Assembly: GCA_964016885.1 (NCBI GenBank)
Contig: OZ024757.1
Coordinates: 27,714,001-27,778,000, forward strand
Direction: 5' to 3'
Length of the DNA stretch: 64,000 bases
From: Eledone cirrhosa
Lineage: Eukaryota
Made by a program: the position numbers and the translations under genes. Below, piece by piece: positions 1 to 13,900 of the stretch; position 1 is the stretch's first letter, and each line of letters begins with the position of its first letter. The notes under the pieces were generated by a model. The model was given only the letters and a program-made list of their open reading frames with translations. It was not told the origin of the DNA and ran no database searches.

Positions 1-1312
1 TATATATATATATATAAGTTTATTTCTCCATACATTACAACATATATATATCCTGAACGTTTAGGTTATTTCCTCGTAATAAATTATTAAAAATATTTGG
101 AAATATGTTTAGAAACTGGCAAGCGAAGTTTGTAAATCGAAAGTAAAAATATAATATAAACAATCTTAATAACTGTTTCTACTTTAGGCACAAGGCCAGC
201 AATTACCCAGTGCATTACTGGTACTTTATTTTATCGACCCCGTAAGGATGAAAGGCAAAGTAAACCTCGGTGGGGTTTGAACTCAGTCCAATAACGAGGT
301 GTTTAAACTCACTGAACATAAACAAATGGGTACATTAAATTAACCATAATATTACGCCATGTGTATGTCTATAATTATATTTATAACTCAGGCAATCAAT
401 AAAAAGTATAAATATATTAGAAATATATTAAATATTGTCCTTACATCTACTTTATGTAACTATTTAATCGACCACAACAGTTTTTTTAAATAAACCCATG
501 TATATAACATTTTATTAGCTACTGTGACCGTAAACATGATAAACACACGTGGATATATTTATATGAACACATTTTAGAGTGTGTGTTTAAAATACTGTAG
601 TATTAAAAAACAATAAAATATTAACTGATGGAGTACCCAATACTGTTGGGTAGAGTGTAAAAATTTATTTACTAAGTAAAAAAGAAACAATTTGAGTGTG
701 TGTTTATGTATGAATGTAAGCGAAGGGTCAACAAGGAATACCACCACCTAAGAATAACGATTGTGTATGTATATATATATATATATATAGGATGTCTCAA
801 AAAATGTTTACACACTTTTATTAGAATGCTGTTGAAGTCTTTGTACATTTTGCGGTGACACCCTATATATAGATATGTGGCTCCCGAATTATGTCGGGTC
901 CTAAACCACAGTTAAAAAAAGTTACTCAATACGATGGGAGAGTATATGATTCTTGATCATATATAGAAATGACTTCTGCTGGACTAGAACTGTTTCATTT
1001 TTGATGATTTCATACAAATGAGACAATTCTGGTCCTGTACAAGTCATCACTATATATAATTTTAAAATTGGCCGGAATACATGCTTGCAGGAGGTTTCTT
1101 CTCTGAAGACATGATGTCCAGCTCTCCTAAAAAAAATTTTTACCACTATATATATATATATAGTTGTAAAAAAAATCTTTAAATACCAAATTAAAAAGAT
1201 ATATGTAAATATATTGAGAGAAAGAACAATATATCGCATAGGAAACACAGTATATTGTATATATACCAAATATATATTCCATATAATTCCATAATAATAA
1301 ATATATACACAT

Positions 1313-1347
<35 letters not shown>

Positions 1348-1427
1348 ATAATAATAATTGTGAAGACTAAAATACAAAGAGCTCGATAAGAATAAATATA
1401 TATCAAATATATAAGAACCCAAGAGCA

Positions 1428-1571
1428 AATATTTATTAAAATAACAGATTAAAGTTGAAGCAAAGAATCGTTGCTTTCACCCTTAACGGGACCTGAGTTT
1501 CAGAAGATCCCGTTAAGGGTGAAAGCAGCGATTCTTTGCTTAAACTTTAATCTGCTATTTTAATAAATATT
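1428..1571. repeat. Fold-back with ~64-bp arms next to a (TA)n tract, degenerate hammerhead-like core
   Basis: AATATTTATTAAAAT...CCCTTAACGGGA / TCCCGTTAAGGG...ATTTTAATAAATATT; contains CAGAAGA-tcccgttaagggt-GAAA. Confidence 0.8.
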
Positions 1572-4178
1572 ATATATATATATAGTTTAAGAATAAACAA
1601 GACTCAAACCACAAAATTATATTAGTTTTACTATTACAAAGAAGTGTGTGTCTGTGTGAGTGTCTGGTTGAGTCTGTATGTACGCGTATCCGCGCGTCTT
1701 ATCGTAAGTAATGCGTGTGTGCACATCAAAAATAAATCATATGGTCTAAGGGCAGATAATTTGAAATTTCAATTTCAGTATAAATAACATTTTGATACAT
1801 ATTTTATATATTTATCTTAAATAATATACAGATAACCTGAAAAATAACTGTAAAACGTTTAATCATGTTAAAACATTTAAAATCTTCGTGATGCGCGTAT
1901 AATTTGAGGGTTATTTCGCTATTTCTATTATATTTTAAGTGAATGAAGTGTTTAAATTGGGAAAGGATTAACTACTATCTCAGGCAATTTCTAAAACATT
2001 ACGGTGTTTAATTTAAGGCAGGTTTAAATAGTATTTATATATTGTTCAGTTACAAAGGAGTGAATATATCGAGAAAGATTCGGGCGCTATTTTTAAAAGA
2101 TTAAAGGCAGTGCCATGTAAAATTTTGAGGAAGACCTAATGTCTAACACGAGGAAGATTTGCCGGCTGGTTTGCTGAGAAGACATTTTAACCATAACACA
2201 CAGTCCTAATATTGTAGTTTTGTTTACCGAAGAAAATTATATCAATTTTTAAAATGAATAAATAATTAAACAATTGCAACACCTTAAATTTTACATTTTG
2301 AAACCAATTTTAATGTGATTTATAAACCGTCTTCTAGCACGGGAAAGATATGCCGGCCGGCTTGCTCGTGAAGAGATTTTAATCATAACACATAGGCCTA
2401 ATAATATTATAGTTCTGTATACTTAGGATAATTATATCAATTTTTAAAATGAATAATACTTTAGCTCATAAAACGTATTAAACCTAGAATTTAAAAACTA
2501 ATTTTAATATAATATATACACTGTCTGCTCTTCGTAAAAATGTAAACAATCTGCTACCACGCTTGTTATGAATACCTCCCACCACTCCTCATTCACTATA
2601 TCGGCTGCATACGGTCAACAAAAAATATTAAAATCAACCACAATTAAAATGATACACTATGGGTGTTTTTATCTTTATATATATCTCCGTCTGCAACATT
2701 TTAAAATTTAGAGACACAATGCATTTCGTATCTCAGTCATATTGCTACAATAAGAATTTCGCTTTCTAATCACACGGTGGTCGGCTCTAATCCCACATTT
2801 GTCGATATAGATAGTTATTTCTTCAAAGTTAATATCCTCGACATTTATGTTATTATATGCTCAACAAAAAATAATAAAGTAACGATGTCATGCGTGTTTA
2901 TATATTTCTATATCTTTTAATATATCACCATCTGCAATTCGTTAACATTTACACTCGCAGTGTATTTCCTATCCTAGCCTTAATAAAAAAAATCGTCTTC
3001 CAATGACAAGACACTGAGTTCTAATCCTACACTTGTTTCCCCCTATAAATTGCAATTTCTCCACGGTTTCATTAAATATGCTGATTTTCAAAAATAAAAT
3101 ATTAAAATCTACTATAATATTACACCATGTGTGTTTCGATATTTGTAAATATCTCCGTCTGCACTTCTTTCAAATTTATATACACAATGCATTCTCTCTC
3201 AGCCATGTTGCTATCATGAGAAGTTTGCTTTCTAATCATAAGGACCTGGGTTCTAATTACATATTTGTCTATATATATATATATAGTTATTTCTCCAAAG
3301 TTACTCATACATTATAACATATATATCCTGAACATTTATATTATTATATCCTCTTAATAAATTATTAAAACGTTTTGAAAGTGGCGAACGAAGTTTGGAA
3401 ATTGAAGAAATATAAGGCTTCAACATGATCCTTCGTAATGAGGTGTTGAAACCCACTGAACGTAAACAGATGGGTGTCTTTTTTCGTTCAGTGAATTTAT
3501 ACACCCCGTTATTAAGTCAAATGTTACAAATATAATTATTAAATAATAAATTTTAAAACAATTTAATGTGCTTTATACACCGTCTTCACTTCTTAAAAAT
3601 GTAAACAGTCAGCTGCCGCACTTGTTATGGATACCCTCCTCATTAAATCTGTTGATTTTCAATAATAAAATATCTGTTTGCGACAGATTATGAACAAAAA
3701 ATATAAAATAAACTATAGTAATACAACACGTGAATTTCTATATTTATATATATCTATATCTGAAACTCTTACAAATTTACACACCATGTACGTTTTCTAT
3801 CAATCATGTTGCTACAATAAAAAGTTCGATTTCTAATTACAAGTTCGCGAGTTCTAATCCTACATTTGTCCATATATATATAGTTGTTTCTCCAAAGTTA
3901 CACATTTATTTAATCCTGTATGTCCCTTATACATATATTCTGAACACATATGTAATAATAACCTGGTAATAAATTATTAAAATATGATTACATATCTCAC
4001 AATGCTTCGTATTAAACACACTACTTTATTAAAATATCATCTTTAATCTTGGCATTCTAAAGAGGTTTAGAGGCGGATAACTTCAAAACTTGTCATCATT
4101 AAATAAAGAAATTACACTTTAAAGAGACTAGAAAGAAGTTCGAATCCAAACTAAGTTATGAACACAGTTGTTATATTA

Positions 4179-4256
4179 CAGGGTGTCCACTAAGTCACTA
4201 AACAATTTGATATATATATTTGTATAAAATTGTCTAGTGACTCTGTGGACACCCTG
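4179..4256. mobile_element. Tiny Tc1/mariner-type MITE (similar copies ~789-865, 56609-56707, 60367-60445)
   Basis: TA|CAGGGTGTCCAC ... GTGGACACCCTG|TA: terminal inverted repeats flanked by TA. Confidence 0.75.
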
Positions 4257-5468
4257 TATGCTAAAAAAAATATTTTACTAATATATTATATGCTGGAAGT
4301 ATATTTTGTTTGAAAGGATGAAAACTTCATACAAATGCAGGCTACAATTCTTTAAATGCTAATAATTATTATTGAAAATATTAAATCATTAAAAAACACA
4401 CTTGTCTTTTCCATTCAAACATGAATAATGTTTTTTTTTTTAAATCAATGTGATAGTTTAATACATTTTATGGAATAGAAGTTTTGGAAACTTACCTGTA
4501 TGATTTGGAGGTAATTTCCCTGCTGTTCCTAGAATAATTTCATGAGGAAGTTTTAGCTGCTATTTCCAAAACGTTGTTTGATTTGAATCAGGTTTAACTG
4601 CTATTTCTATGATCAAATACAAATACAGTGGAGTGTATCCTTTGAGGGAGATTTGGCGCAATTTCTAAAATGTTCAAACACAGTGGCAGCATGGTTTCAG
4701 GAAGATTGGACCACTATTTCGAGCATAAGGGAGATGTCGGATGGTTTGTCAGTTTGTTTACCGTGGAGACACATTTCTGCTATTTTATGAGACACCGTAT
4801 TATTTAATTTAGAGGTAGATTTGGCTGTTATCTCTAGCATTTCATAAGCCCCCATGGTTTTGTGTCACTTGAGGTAGATTTGGGTGCTATTTGTAGAATG
4901 TTCAAATAAAGTACACTGTAATGATTTGGGAGAAATTCGACTGAGATATCGGGGTCGATAAAATAAAGTACCAGTAATGCACTGGGTTACTTGCTGGCCT
5001 TGTGCCAAAAAGTAGAAACAATTATTAATGACAACACAGGGTCCTAATATTACTGTAGGTGTGCATCCTAGGGTAAATTACAACCCACTGTAATTCATCT
5101 ATTACAATGTATTCACTATTAAATTTTAAAATAAAACCGTCCTCCCTTCTTTCGAAAATGTAAACATTGAGCTACCACGCGTGTTATGAATACCTTCCAC
5201 CACTCCTTTTGCGATTTTAATTCAATAATAATCTACTGGCTGTCGATAATCAATAAAAAACATCAAAATATTAGAAATATATCGAATAACATCCTTATTT
5301 CAGCTCTTAACTATATGTAACTTTGACTTGTCTTTCACAAAACATTTTAATCGCCCCATATATAACGTTTTATTAGCTTCTCTGATCGTAAACATGAGGT
5401 TGAGAAGATAAACAAATACATACGTGTGCGCATACACACACACGCGCGCGTATGTACACACACACACA

Positions 5469-5499
<31 letters not shown>

Positions 5500-5534
5500 C
5501 ATGTCTGTGTGTGTGTGCATGTATGTTTTGGATG

Positions 5535-5581
<47 letters not shown>

Positions 5582-5738
5582 GTATGCGTCTGTAAGTATA
5601 TATATATATAGAGAGAGAGAGAGAGGGAGAGAGTGAGAGTGAGAGAGAGACAGCGAAAGAGGGAGGGAAAGAAAAAGAGAGAGAGATAGATACATAGTCA
5701 TTAGAGAGAAATGCATGTGTGCATTTTAAAAGAAAAAT

Positions 5739-5801
5739 TACGGTCAAAGGGAAATAATCTGGTATGTCTAGAAAATTTGAGATTATTTCCCTTTGACCGT
5801 A
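5739..5801. repeat. Perfect 22-bp inverted repeat at the orientation switch of the repeat domain
   Basis: TACGGTCAAAGGGAAATAATCT (5739-5760) and AGATTATTTCCCTTTGACCGTA (5780-5801), 19-nt spacer. Confidence 0.9.
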
Positions 5802-6180
5802 TTTTGTCTTCTTATCTGCACACCCGCAATTTATACTGATGGACCAGTGCCGTTAATAAAGTTGCTAATAGAGTTGAATATATTTAATATTTGGGGTCTA
5901 GGATTGGTTTATCATATGCAGTAGGGTTATTAGATATATGAATAATAATATAAACTCAAAAAAATTGTGTTTTGATAAAATACTGGGTTGCGCAAGAGAG
6001 ACCGTTGGGTTTCTCATATGCATCTATTTTGATTACTGATATGTGGAAGTGATTAAAGATACTAATGATATTATAATAATTTATTTCTAGGATATGATTA
6101 CAAATATGTACATATAACCTTGACGATGTATGAGAACATTTGAAGAAATAACTATTTACAGGGACAAATGTAGGATTAGA

Positions 6181-8977
6181 GCCGCATGGAGAACTAGTGG
6201 GTGATGTCTCTGAGACACAACATAAAAATATAAAGAATAGAATTTTGTCCTGCAGAAGAGCCATTACAATTGGACACTGAAAGAGAGAGGAGTTGGATCA
6301 TCTATTCGAGGAGAATAGTATGCAAATCCTTGGGATCCAAGATGAACCCATGAAGAGAATGATGATTGGAAAGAGGAGCCAGCTCATCACCACATCATCA
6401 AAGAGGAACACAACTAATGCTGCAGAAGGGGGAGTGGGTTTTGTGTTGAGTACAAGAGTCAACCTATCTACCCCAGAGTTTTGAGGATGACCTTCAATGG
6501 AAACCCAAGGCTGACAGTCATCTCAACTTATAGTCCAACTAAGGGAGACAGTGATGTTGGTGCAGTGGAATTTCATGAGTAAGAAGAACAGGGAAGATCT
6601 TTGCTGGTACTTCCATAACGATACCAACTGAAATGAGAAACCATATTAGGACACACTACTGGAAGCGAACCTGATCGCAATCAACCTAAGGTTTAAGAAG
6701 AATCCGGGGAAGATGTGGACCTACATCTCTGATAAGTGCCTGACTAACACCCAGATTGATTTCATTCTGGTGAGGAAGTAGTGGCAGAATAGTGTTTTGA
6801 ACACAGAACCATATAATTATTTCAGTACACTGGGCAGTAACTACCGGTTTGTTATGTGTGAGGTCTCTGTGAGTTTAAGAAAGAGTAAGGCTCAGCCCCG
6901 GAGAGTGAACTATGACTGGGGAGATTTCAAGGAAGATGATAAGCTACAGGAAAGCTACACAGTAGAAGTGAGGAACAGGTTCAGTGCTCTATGTGGAGAG
7001 GCAGAGGAGAGAGAGATTGAGTGGACAGAGGAGAGTGTAACAAAGAGGTACAGGTACTTCACCACTGAATTGGCAGAAGCAAGTGATGCTCAGGTGCCGA
7101 GGAGGGAGAGGAAGTGGAGGGATGACAGCTCTGTAGAACCAAAAGTGTGTGAAGCAAGAGAACACCTGAGGGCTGCCCATGGTCAATTCCATATTGATCC
7201 TATGGAGAAGAGGAAGAATATAGAGGTGAAAAAGGAAGAACTCTGTGTTACTTACACTGAGGCCAGAGAGGAGATGCTGATGGAGAAGATCAGGAGTGTG
7301 GAGAGAGTGGTTGACAGTTGTAAGTGTAAAGTGAGCTGGACAATCATCAATGAGATCACAGGGAGAAAGAGAGGGAGTTCAAGTCATATCGGGGAACAAG
7401 TCCAAACGATAGGAAGAGGAAATGGCTGAACCATTTTGAGACCCTACTAGGTCAGCCCCCTTCCACAGCCCTGAACATCCGGGAGATCAGACAGCTGTTT
7501 GGAACTGGATATTGAGACTGGACCCTTCACCAGAGAATAACTTCAAACAGCCAAGGTGAAGATCAAGGAGGGCAAGGCAAATGGAAAAGATTGAGTGGCA
7601 TCAGAGGTGTGATTTTGATGATATTATCCTGGAGTTCTGTAGCTAGGCACTGGAGAAAGGAGTTGCCCCAGATGAGAGGAGGATCAGTAATATTGTCCCA
7701 GTACCAAAGAAGGGAGATCTCTCTAACACCAACAAGTACAGGGGGATCTCATTGACACCGCTGGTAGCAAAGACCCTCAACAGGATGATTTTTAACAGGA
7801 TCCAGCCCGAGATGGAGAAGAAGCTCAGAAACAATCAGAACAGCTTCAGAGAGGGAAAAATCAATGACCAGTCGCATCCTGATACTGAGGAGAATTTTAG
7901 GAATCTTCCTGCTGTCATGGTTTTCATTAACTTCAGGAAGACTTTTAATTCTGTGGACCAAGACTGACTGGTGAAGATCTTACAGGTTTATGGAATTCCC
8001 ATGGAGATAGGGGACCTGATATCACTGCTCTACACCAACACCAGAACCTAAGTTATTACACCTGACGGGATGACAGAGTTCTTTGAGATACTTGCTTGAG
8101 TGCTCCAGGGAAATACATTGGCTCCCTACCTTTTCATCATCACAGTGGACAATTGTATGTGCCTTGCACTGAAGAAACACTAGGACTCGGGCTTTATTGT
8201 AGCACCAGTTCAGAGCAGGAGAGTTAAGGCTAAAAAGATATCAAATGCTGAATTTGCTGTCAGCATAGTTCTGGTGACAAACACAGTGTAGGAGGCAGAG
8301 GAGTTGATGCAAGAAGTGGAGACTGTGTTGATCAATGTGGGGCTGGGAATGAATGAGAATAAGATGAAGTATCAGGCATAGAACATTAAGGAGTCAGAGA
8401 AGATTATAAAGTCAGCATGAAGCCACTAGAGCTGATTGAGGACTTCCTGTGTGTGGGAGCAATGATTGAGTACACAAGTACACAATCATGTAGTGCTGAG
8501 GAAGAGCAAAGCCTGGGCGGCATTGTGGAAGTCGGACTTTGTACAGATCTGAAGATCCGTATTTTCGTCGCCAAAGTGGAGTTTGTGCTGCTGTACTGGT
8601 CAGAATCTTGGACACTGACCAAGAGACTCACTCAGATGGTGGATGGACGCTGCACGAGAATGCTGAGAATGGTTCTGAACATTAATCAGTATGCACTGAG
8701 GATGAATAACTCAGAGCTCCCAAAAGTCAGCTCGAAAGTTTCACAGAGGAGACTGAAGTTAACTGGACATGCCAGTCAACATTCAGTGATCTTGTGGGAG
8801 TCCCCTTTCATAGACGCACTGGAAGAGGGAGACCAAGGATGACATATGTTCATGCTCTAAGGACAGACACTGGTCTCTGGGAAACTCGGGACATAGTGGC
8901 GATGAGGAAGGACAGAGACCGCTGGGGAGAATTCGTCCATGGATCTCGGCAATTTTACCCTCCCTAGATAAATAGAT
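6181..8977 (+). mobile_element. Decayed, 5'-truncated non-LTR retrotransposon (RTE-like clade; APE endonuclease plus RT remnants)
   Basis: Purine-rich island with fragments GGVGFVLS, TVISTYSPT, QIDFILV, IVPVPKKGDLSNTNKYRGISLTPLVAKTLNRMIFNRI, LQGNTLAPYLFII and LLYWSESWTLT, broken by stops and frameshifts. It has a TAGA-type tail and the TSD ATGTAGGATTAGA at 6168-6180 and 8978-8990. Confidence 0.9.
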
Positions 8978-10944
8978 ATGTAGGATTAGAACCCAGGAAC
9001 TTGTGATTAGTAATGGGATTCCTATTGCAACAACAGGATGAATTATGTATGAGTAGATTTTCAAGAATAACAGACGTAGATATATATAAATAAATAAATA
9101 AAAACACAAGGTGTTTTATGACAGTTAATTTTTATATTTTGTCTATAGCCAACAGTGGTTTCAAATACACATTTTAATCATAAAATAGATTGTGAATCTT
9201 TAAATTATATCCGAAATATTAGCGATTAAATGACAATAGTCATTTATTTATTCAATGTAAAAATCCTCATATAAGGGCGGTGCCCCAGCATGGCCTCAGT
9301 CGATGATTGGAACATTTTATTAAAAAAATTGAGCAGTATCTAATAAAAACAAAATATATTATTAAAGTAGACACAATTATTAAAGGGGACTGTTTTTATT
9401 GTTAAAAATCAACAGATGTAAAGACGGTGGAGTGGCGGTATTTATCCATAGCCAATGTGGTAGCAGATTGTTTATATTTTTATCAAGTGAAGACGGTGTA
9501 TAAACCACATTAAAACTACTTTTAAAATTCAACATTTAAGGTGTTCTAATTAATTATTTACTCATTAAAAAAAGGGTGATTTCTTAAAACCAGCATAATA
9601 ATATTAATGTGTTGTGATTAAAGTATCTCCGCAGCAATCACGTTGAAAAACAAGCGGGCAAATGACCCTCATGCTAGAAATAATAGCTAAGCAACCTCAA
9701 ATTCCAAGCCATTCTCGAAATATGTTAGAAATAGTGGTCAAGTTACCCTCAAATCACACAGTTAAAACACTGGATTTTTTAAATACTGTTTACAAGCCAT
9801 AAATATTTAGAGAAACCTATATGAATGGACTAATGGTTACATGAATATGACGGTAAGTGTAATTACGTTATACAATTTAACATCACAAATAATTATTATA
9901 AGGGTTTTAAAAATTGCAATTTTTATTTATAGTTATTTTCACTGTGCCTTTTAAAGGAATAAATATAATAAATATCAACAAGTTATTAACAGCCAAATAT
10001 CAAGCTTCAGATTATCTCCCCTTTGACCATATTTTGTCTTCTCAACTGCACACCCGCAATTGCACTTGTGGATCTCCGTTATCAATATTGACGGCAATGA
10101 TATTAAATATATTTAATTTTTGGAGTCAATATGATTTGTGTCGCATATACTAAGATTGCCGGATGTATGAACTGCCAAATTTGTACGCTGATAGATATTT
10201 ATGGTTTGGATAAGAGAAACTCTAGTGTTTATATTAATTACTCACAATTTGAAGAGATTAAAGATAATATTTTAATAATTTATTACCAGGTTATTATTAC
10301 ATAAGTGTTCAGAATATATGTACAATTGACATACAGAATTAAATATATGTGTAAGATTGGAGAAATAACTATATATATATATGGACAAATGTTGTAATAG
10401 AACTCGGGACCTCGATTGAAAATCGAACTTCTTATTGTAGCAATATGATTGATAAAAGACGTACATGGTGTATAAAGTTGCAGATATAGATATATAAAAA
10501 TACAGAAACACACATGGTGTATTACTATATATTATTTTATATTGTTTGTTAATAATAGATATTTTATTAATGAAAATTAACAGGGTCAAGGAAGGAGGTA
10601 GCCATACCAAGCGTGGCGGCTGATTATTTACATTTTAAGAAGTGAAGACGGTGTATATAATCAAAATTAAAATTAATTTTAACATTTATTATTTAATACA
10701 CTATATTTGTAACATTTGACTCAGTAACATAGTCTTAATAACGGGGTGTATAAATCCACTGAACGGGAAAAGACATCCATCTGTTTACGTTCAGCGAGTT
10801 TAAACACCTCGTTATTAAGACTATATTTCTACTTCAATTTACAAACTTCACTCGTCACTTTCAAAACATACTTCCTAATATTTTAATAATTTATTACGAG
10901 GATATAATAAAATAAATGTTCAGGATATATGTTATAATGTATGA

Positions 10945-13900
10945 GTAACTTTGGAGAAATAACTATCTATATCGACAAATGTCGGATTAGAGCCGACCAC
11001 TGTGTGATTAGAAAACGAACTTCTTTTTGTAGCAATATGACTGAGATATGAAATACATAGTGTCTCTAAATGTTAAAATGTTGAAGTCGGAGATATATAT
11101 AAATATAAAAACACCCATAGTGTATCATTTTAATTGTGGTTGATTTTAATATTTTTTGTTGACCGTATGCCGCCGACCGACATTTTGTTATTGAAAATCA
11201 ACAGATTTAGTGAATGAAGAGTGGTGGGAGGTATTCATAACAAGCGTGGTAGCAGATTGTTTACATTTTTACGAAGAGAAGACAGTGTATATATTATATT
11301 AAAATTAGTTTTTAAATTCCAGGTTTAATACGTTTTATGAGCTAAAGTATTTATTCATTTTAAAAATTGATATAATTATCCTAAGTATACAGAACTATAG
11401 TATTATTAGGCCTATGTGTTATGATTAAAATCTCTTCACAAGCAAGCCGGCCGGCATATCTTTCCCGTGCTAGAAGACGGTTTATAAATCACATTAAAAT
11501 TGGTTTCAAAATGTAAAATTTAAGATGTTGCAATTGTTTAATTATTTATTCATATTAAAAACTGATATAAATTTCCTATGCATACAAAACTACAATATTA
11601 TTAGGACTGTGTGTTACGATTAAAATGCCTTCGCAGCAAACCAGCCGGCAAATCTTCCTCGTGTTAGGAATAGCCATTAAATCTCCCTCAAAATGTTACA
11701 CGGCACTGCCTTTAAGCATTTAAAAATAGCGCCCGAATCTTTTTCGAAATATTCACTCCTTTGTATCTGAACATTATATACATACTATTTAAACCTGCCT
11801 TAAATTAAACACCGTAATGTCGAGGTGTTGGATATAGCAGTTAAATCTTTCTAAAATCACACACTTCACTCACTTAAAATATACTAGAAATAGCGAAATA
11901 ACCTTCATATTATACATATTTTAAAATGACATGTTTTGCAGTTAATTTCCAGGCTATCTGTTTATTATTTAAGATAAATATATAAAATATGTATCAAAAT
12001 GTTATTTATACTGAAATCGAAATTTGATATTATCTGCCCTTAGACCATATTATTTCTTTTCATGTGCACACACGCATTACTTACGATAAAAAGCGCGCGG
12101 ACACGCGTACATACAGACTCAACCAGACACTCACACAGACACACACTTCTTTTCAATAGTAAAACTCATACAACTTTGTGGTTGAGTCTTGTTTATTCTT
12201 AAACTATATATATATATATATAAAGAGAGAGAGAGATATATAGATATAAAAGAAAAGGTGAAGTTTTAAATAGCACGAAAATATATTGTAGGGTCTGTTT
12301 TTTCTTTTTTTTCCTTTCTTTGATTCGTCAAAGTGACATTGAATAAAAATGAGGGACAATTCTTTAAAAAAAAGAGTTTTATAATGTATATAAAGTATTA
12401 CCGGTTTCGATTTATTATTAAAATTCATCTTATCAAATGTTGAGTAGTACAATTAAAAAGAATTAATAAGAATTAAAAACTAAAAATTAAAGATTTAAAT
12501 TAAGAGGTAAGTTTTTTTCATCATTCTCAACAAGGTAGATGAAAAAAACTTACCTCTGATAAGTTTTTTTTTTCATCAGAAGGTTATGGGAGTCTGACAA
12601 AAAAAATTAAGAGTTAAGTAGTCCATGGGTACTATAAATCTTTATTTCTTCCTTACTATCAAAAGCAAGATACTTCTAAATTTGTTACTGGCTGAAGGCT
12701 CCTTCAACTTCCATATCCTTCTTCTCTAGGTTGCCCTCTGCCTCTAGGTTTGTCTAACTTTGACCATAAAGTAACTAACTACCATCGCTCTATCTCGTCT
12801 TCTGGTGAGGATATAATCTATTTGGTTGCTATGTTCTCCTGATCTATAGGGTATCAAGTGAAGATACCTCAAAAATGCACCCAATACACTTCCTAAGTGT
12901 GGTTGTTGACAGGAAAGGCATCCCACTGTATAAACCATGTCTAAAAGAGTTGAGAGGACACTTTAGTTGTGTCAAAGACACAAGAGCCTTTCTAGTGTTG
13001 GTGAACTACACAAGGAATGCACCCAGTACATACTGTAATCTGGTTGGTGTTAAGAAGGGCATCCAACTATAGAAAGCTGGCCAAATAATGGGTTGGGAGG
13101 ACCCTTCAGTTGTGTCAAGAACATGATAGCCTTTCTAGAGTTGAGGATCTACAAGATAAATACACCTAGTACATATTGTAAAATGGTTGGTGTTAGGAAG
13201 AACATCCGACCATGGAAAACTTGGCTAACAAAGGGTTGGGCGGAACATTCAGTTTGTGTCAAAGTACAGAACTTCTCTTCTGCTGGATGCCAGCCCTTCA
13301 GCTTTTCTGCAAGGTCAGTAGCCCCGCTTCTGTACTGACTTGGTTTATGTAGAACTGTCTAAACCTTGCTAGCAGGGAAATTAGACGTTAAATGATGGTG
13401 ACATAATATATATAAAAACATAATCACACATGGTGTATTAATATGGTTAACTATTTATGATTTTTATTGATTGTTTGCAGCCATCAGACATTCTATTAAT
13501 AAAAAAACACAACACATATAATGATGGGGAAGTGGTGGGAAGTATCCATTACAACCATGGTGGCTGATTGTGTTTATTTATATATATTTTTTAAATGTCT
13601 GGACGGTGTTCGGATAGAATGTTTTGTGGTAAACATTCCAGCTCTCTAACTTCAAATCCTGCCCAAGTCAACTTTATCTTTCATCTGGAGGTCGATAAAT
13701 AAAGTAGCAGTCCAGTAAGGTGGTCAATTCTAGTCCATTGCCTCATTCACTCTTCTTCTCTATCACCGTCTCTCCTTGGTTGTGTTCAGACTTGGTGATT
13801 GATGGGCTCCACCAAATTTTAAAAGATACCAGCCCTGCCAACCTCTAAAAACCCAAAGGGGAGTACCATGAAAAAAAAAGAAAAATAATTATAATAATTA

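Larger units (their letters stand above)
1..5760 (-). repeat. Left arm of hierarchical repeat domain (degenerate modules inverted relative to 5780-25230)
   Basis: 1585-2820 is the reverse complement of ~10945-12205; 2820-3030 matches ~14920-15150; ~3280-3990 matches ~10260-10960; shared module GTGGGAGGTATYCATAACAAGCGTGGTAGCAGATTGTTTACATTTTT occurs on the minus strand at ~2540, ~3600 and ~5160. Confidence 0.85.
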
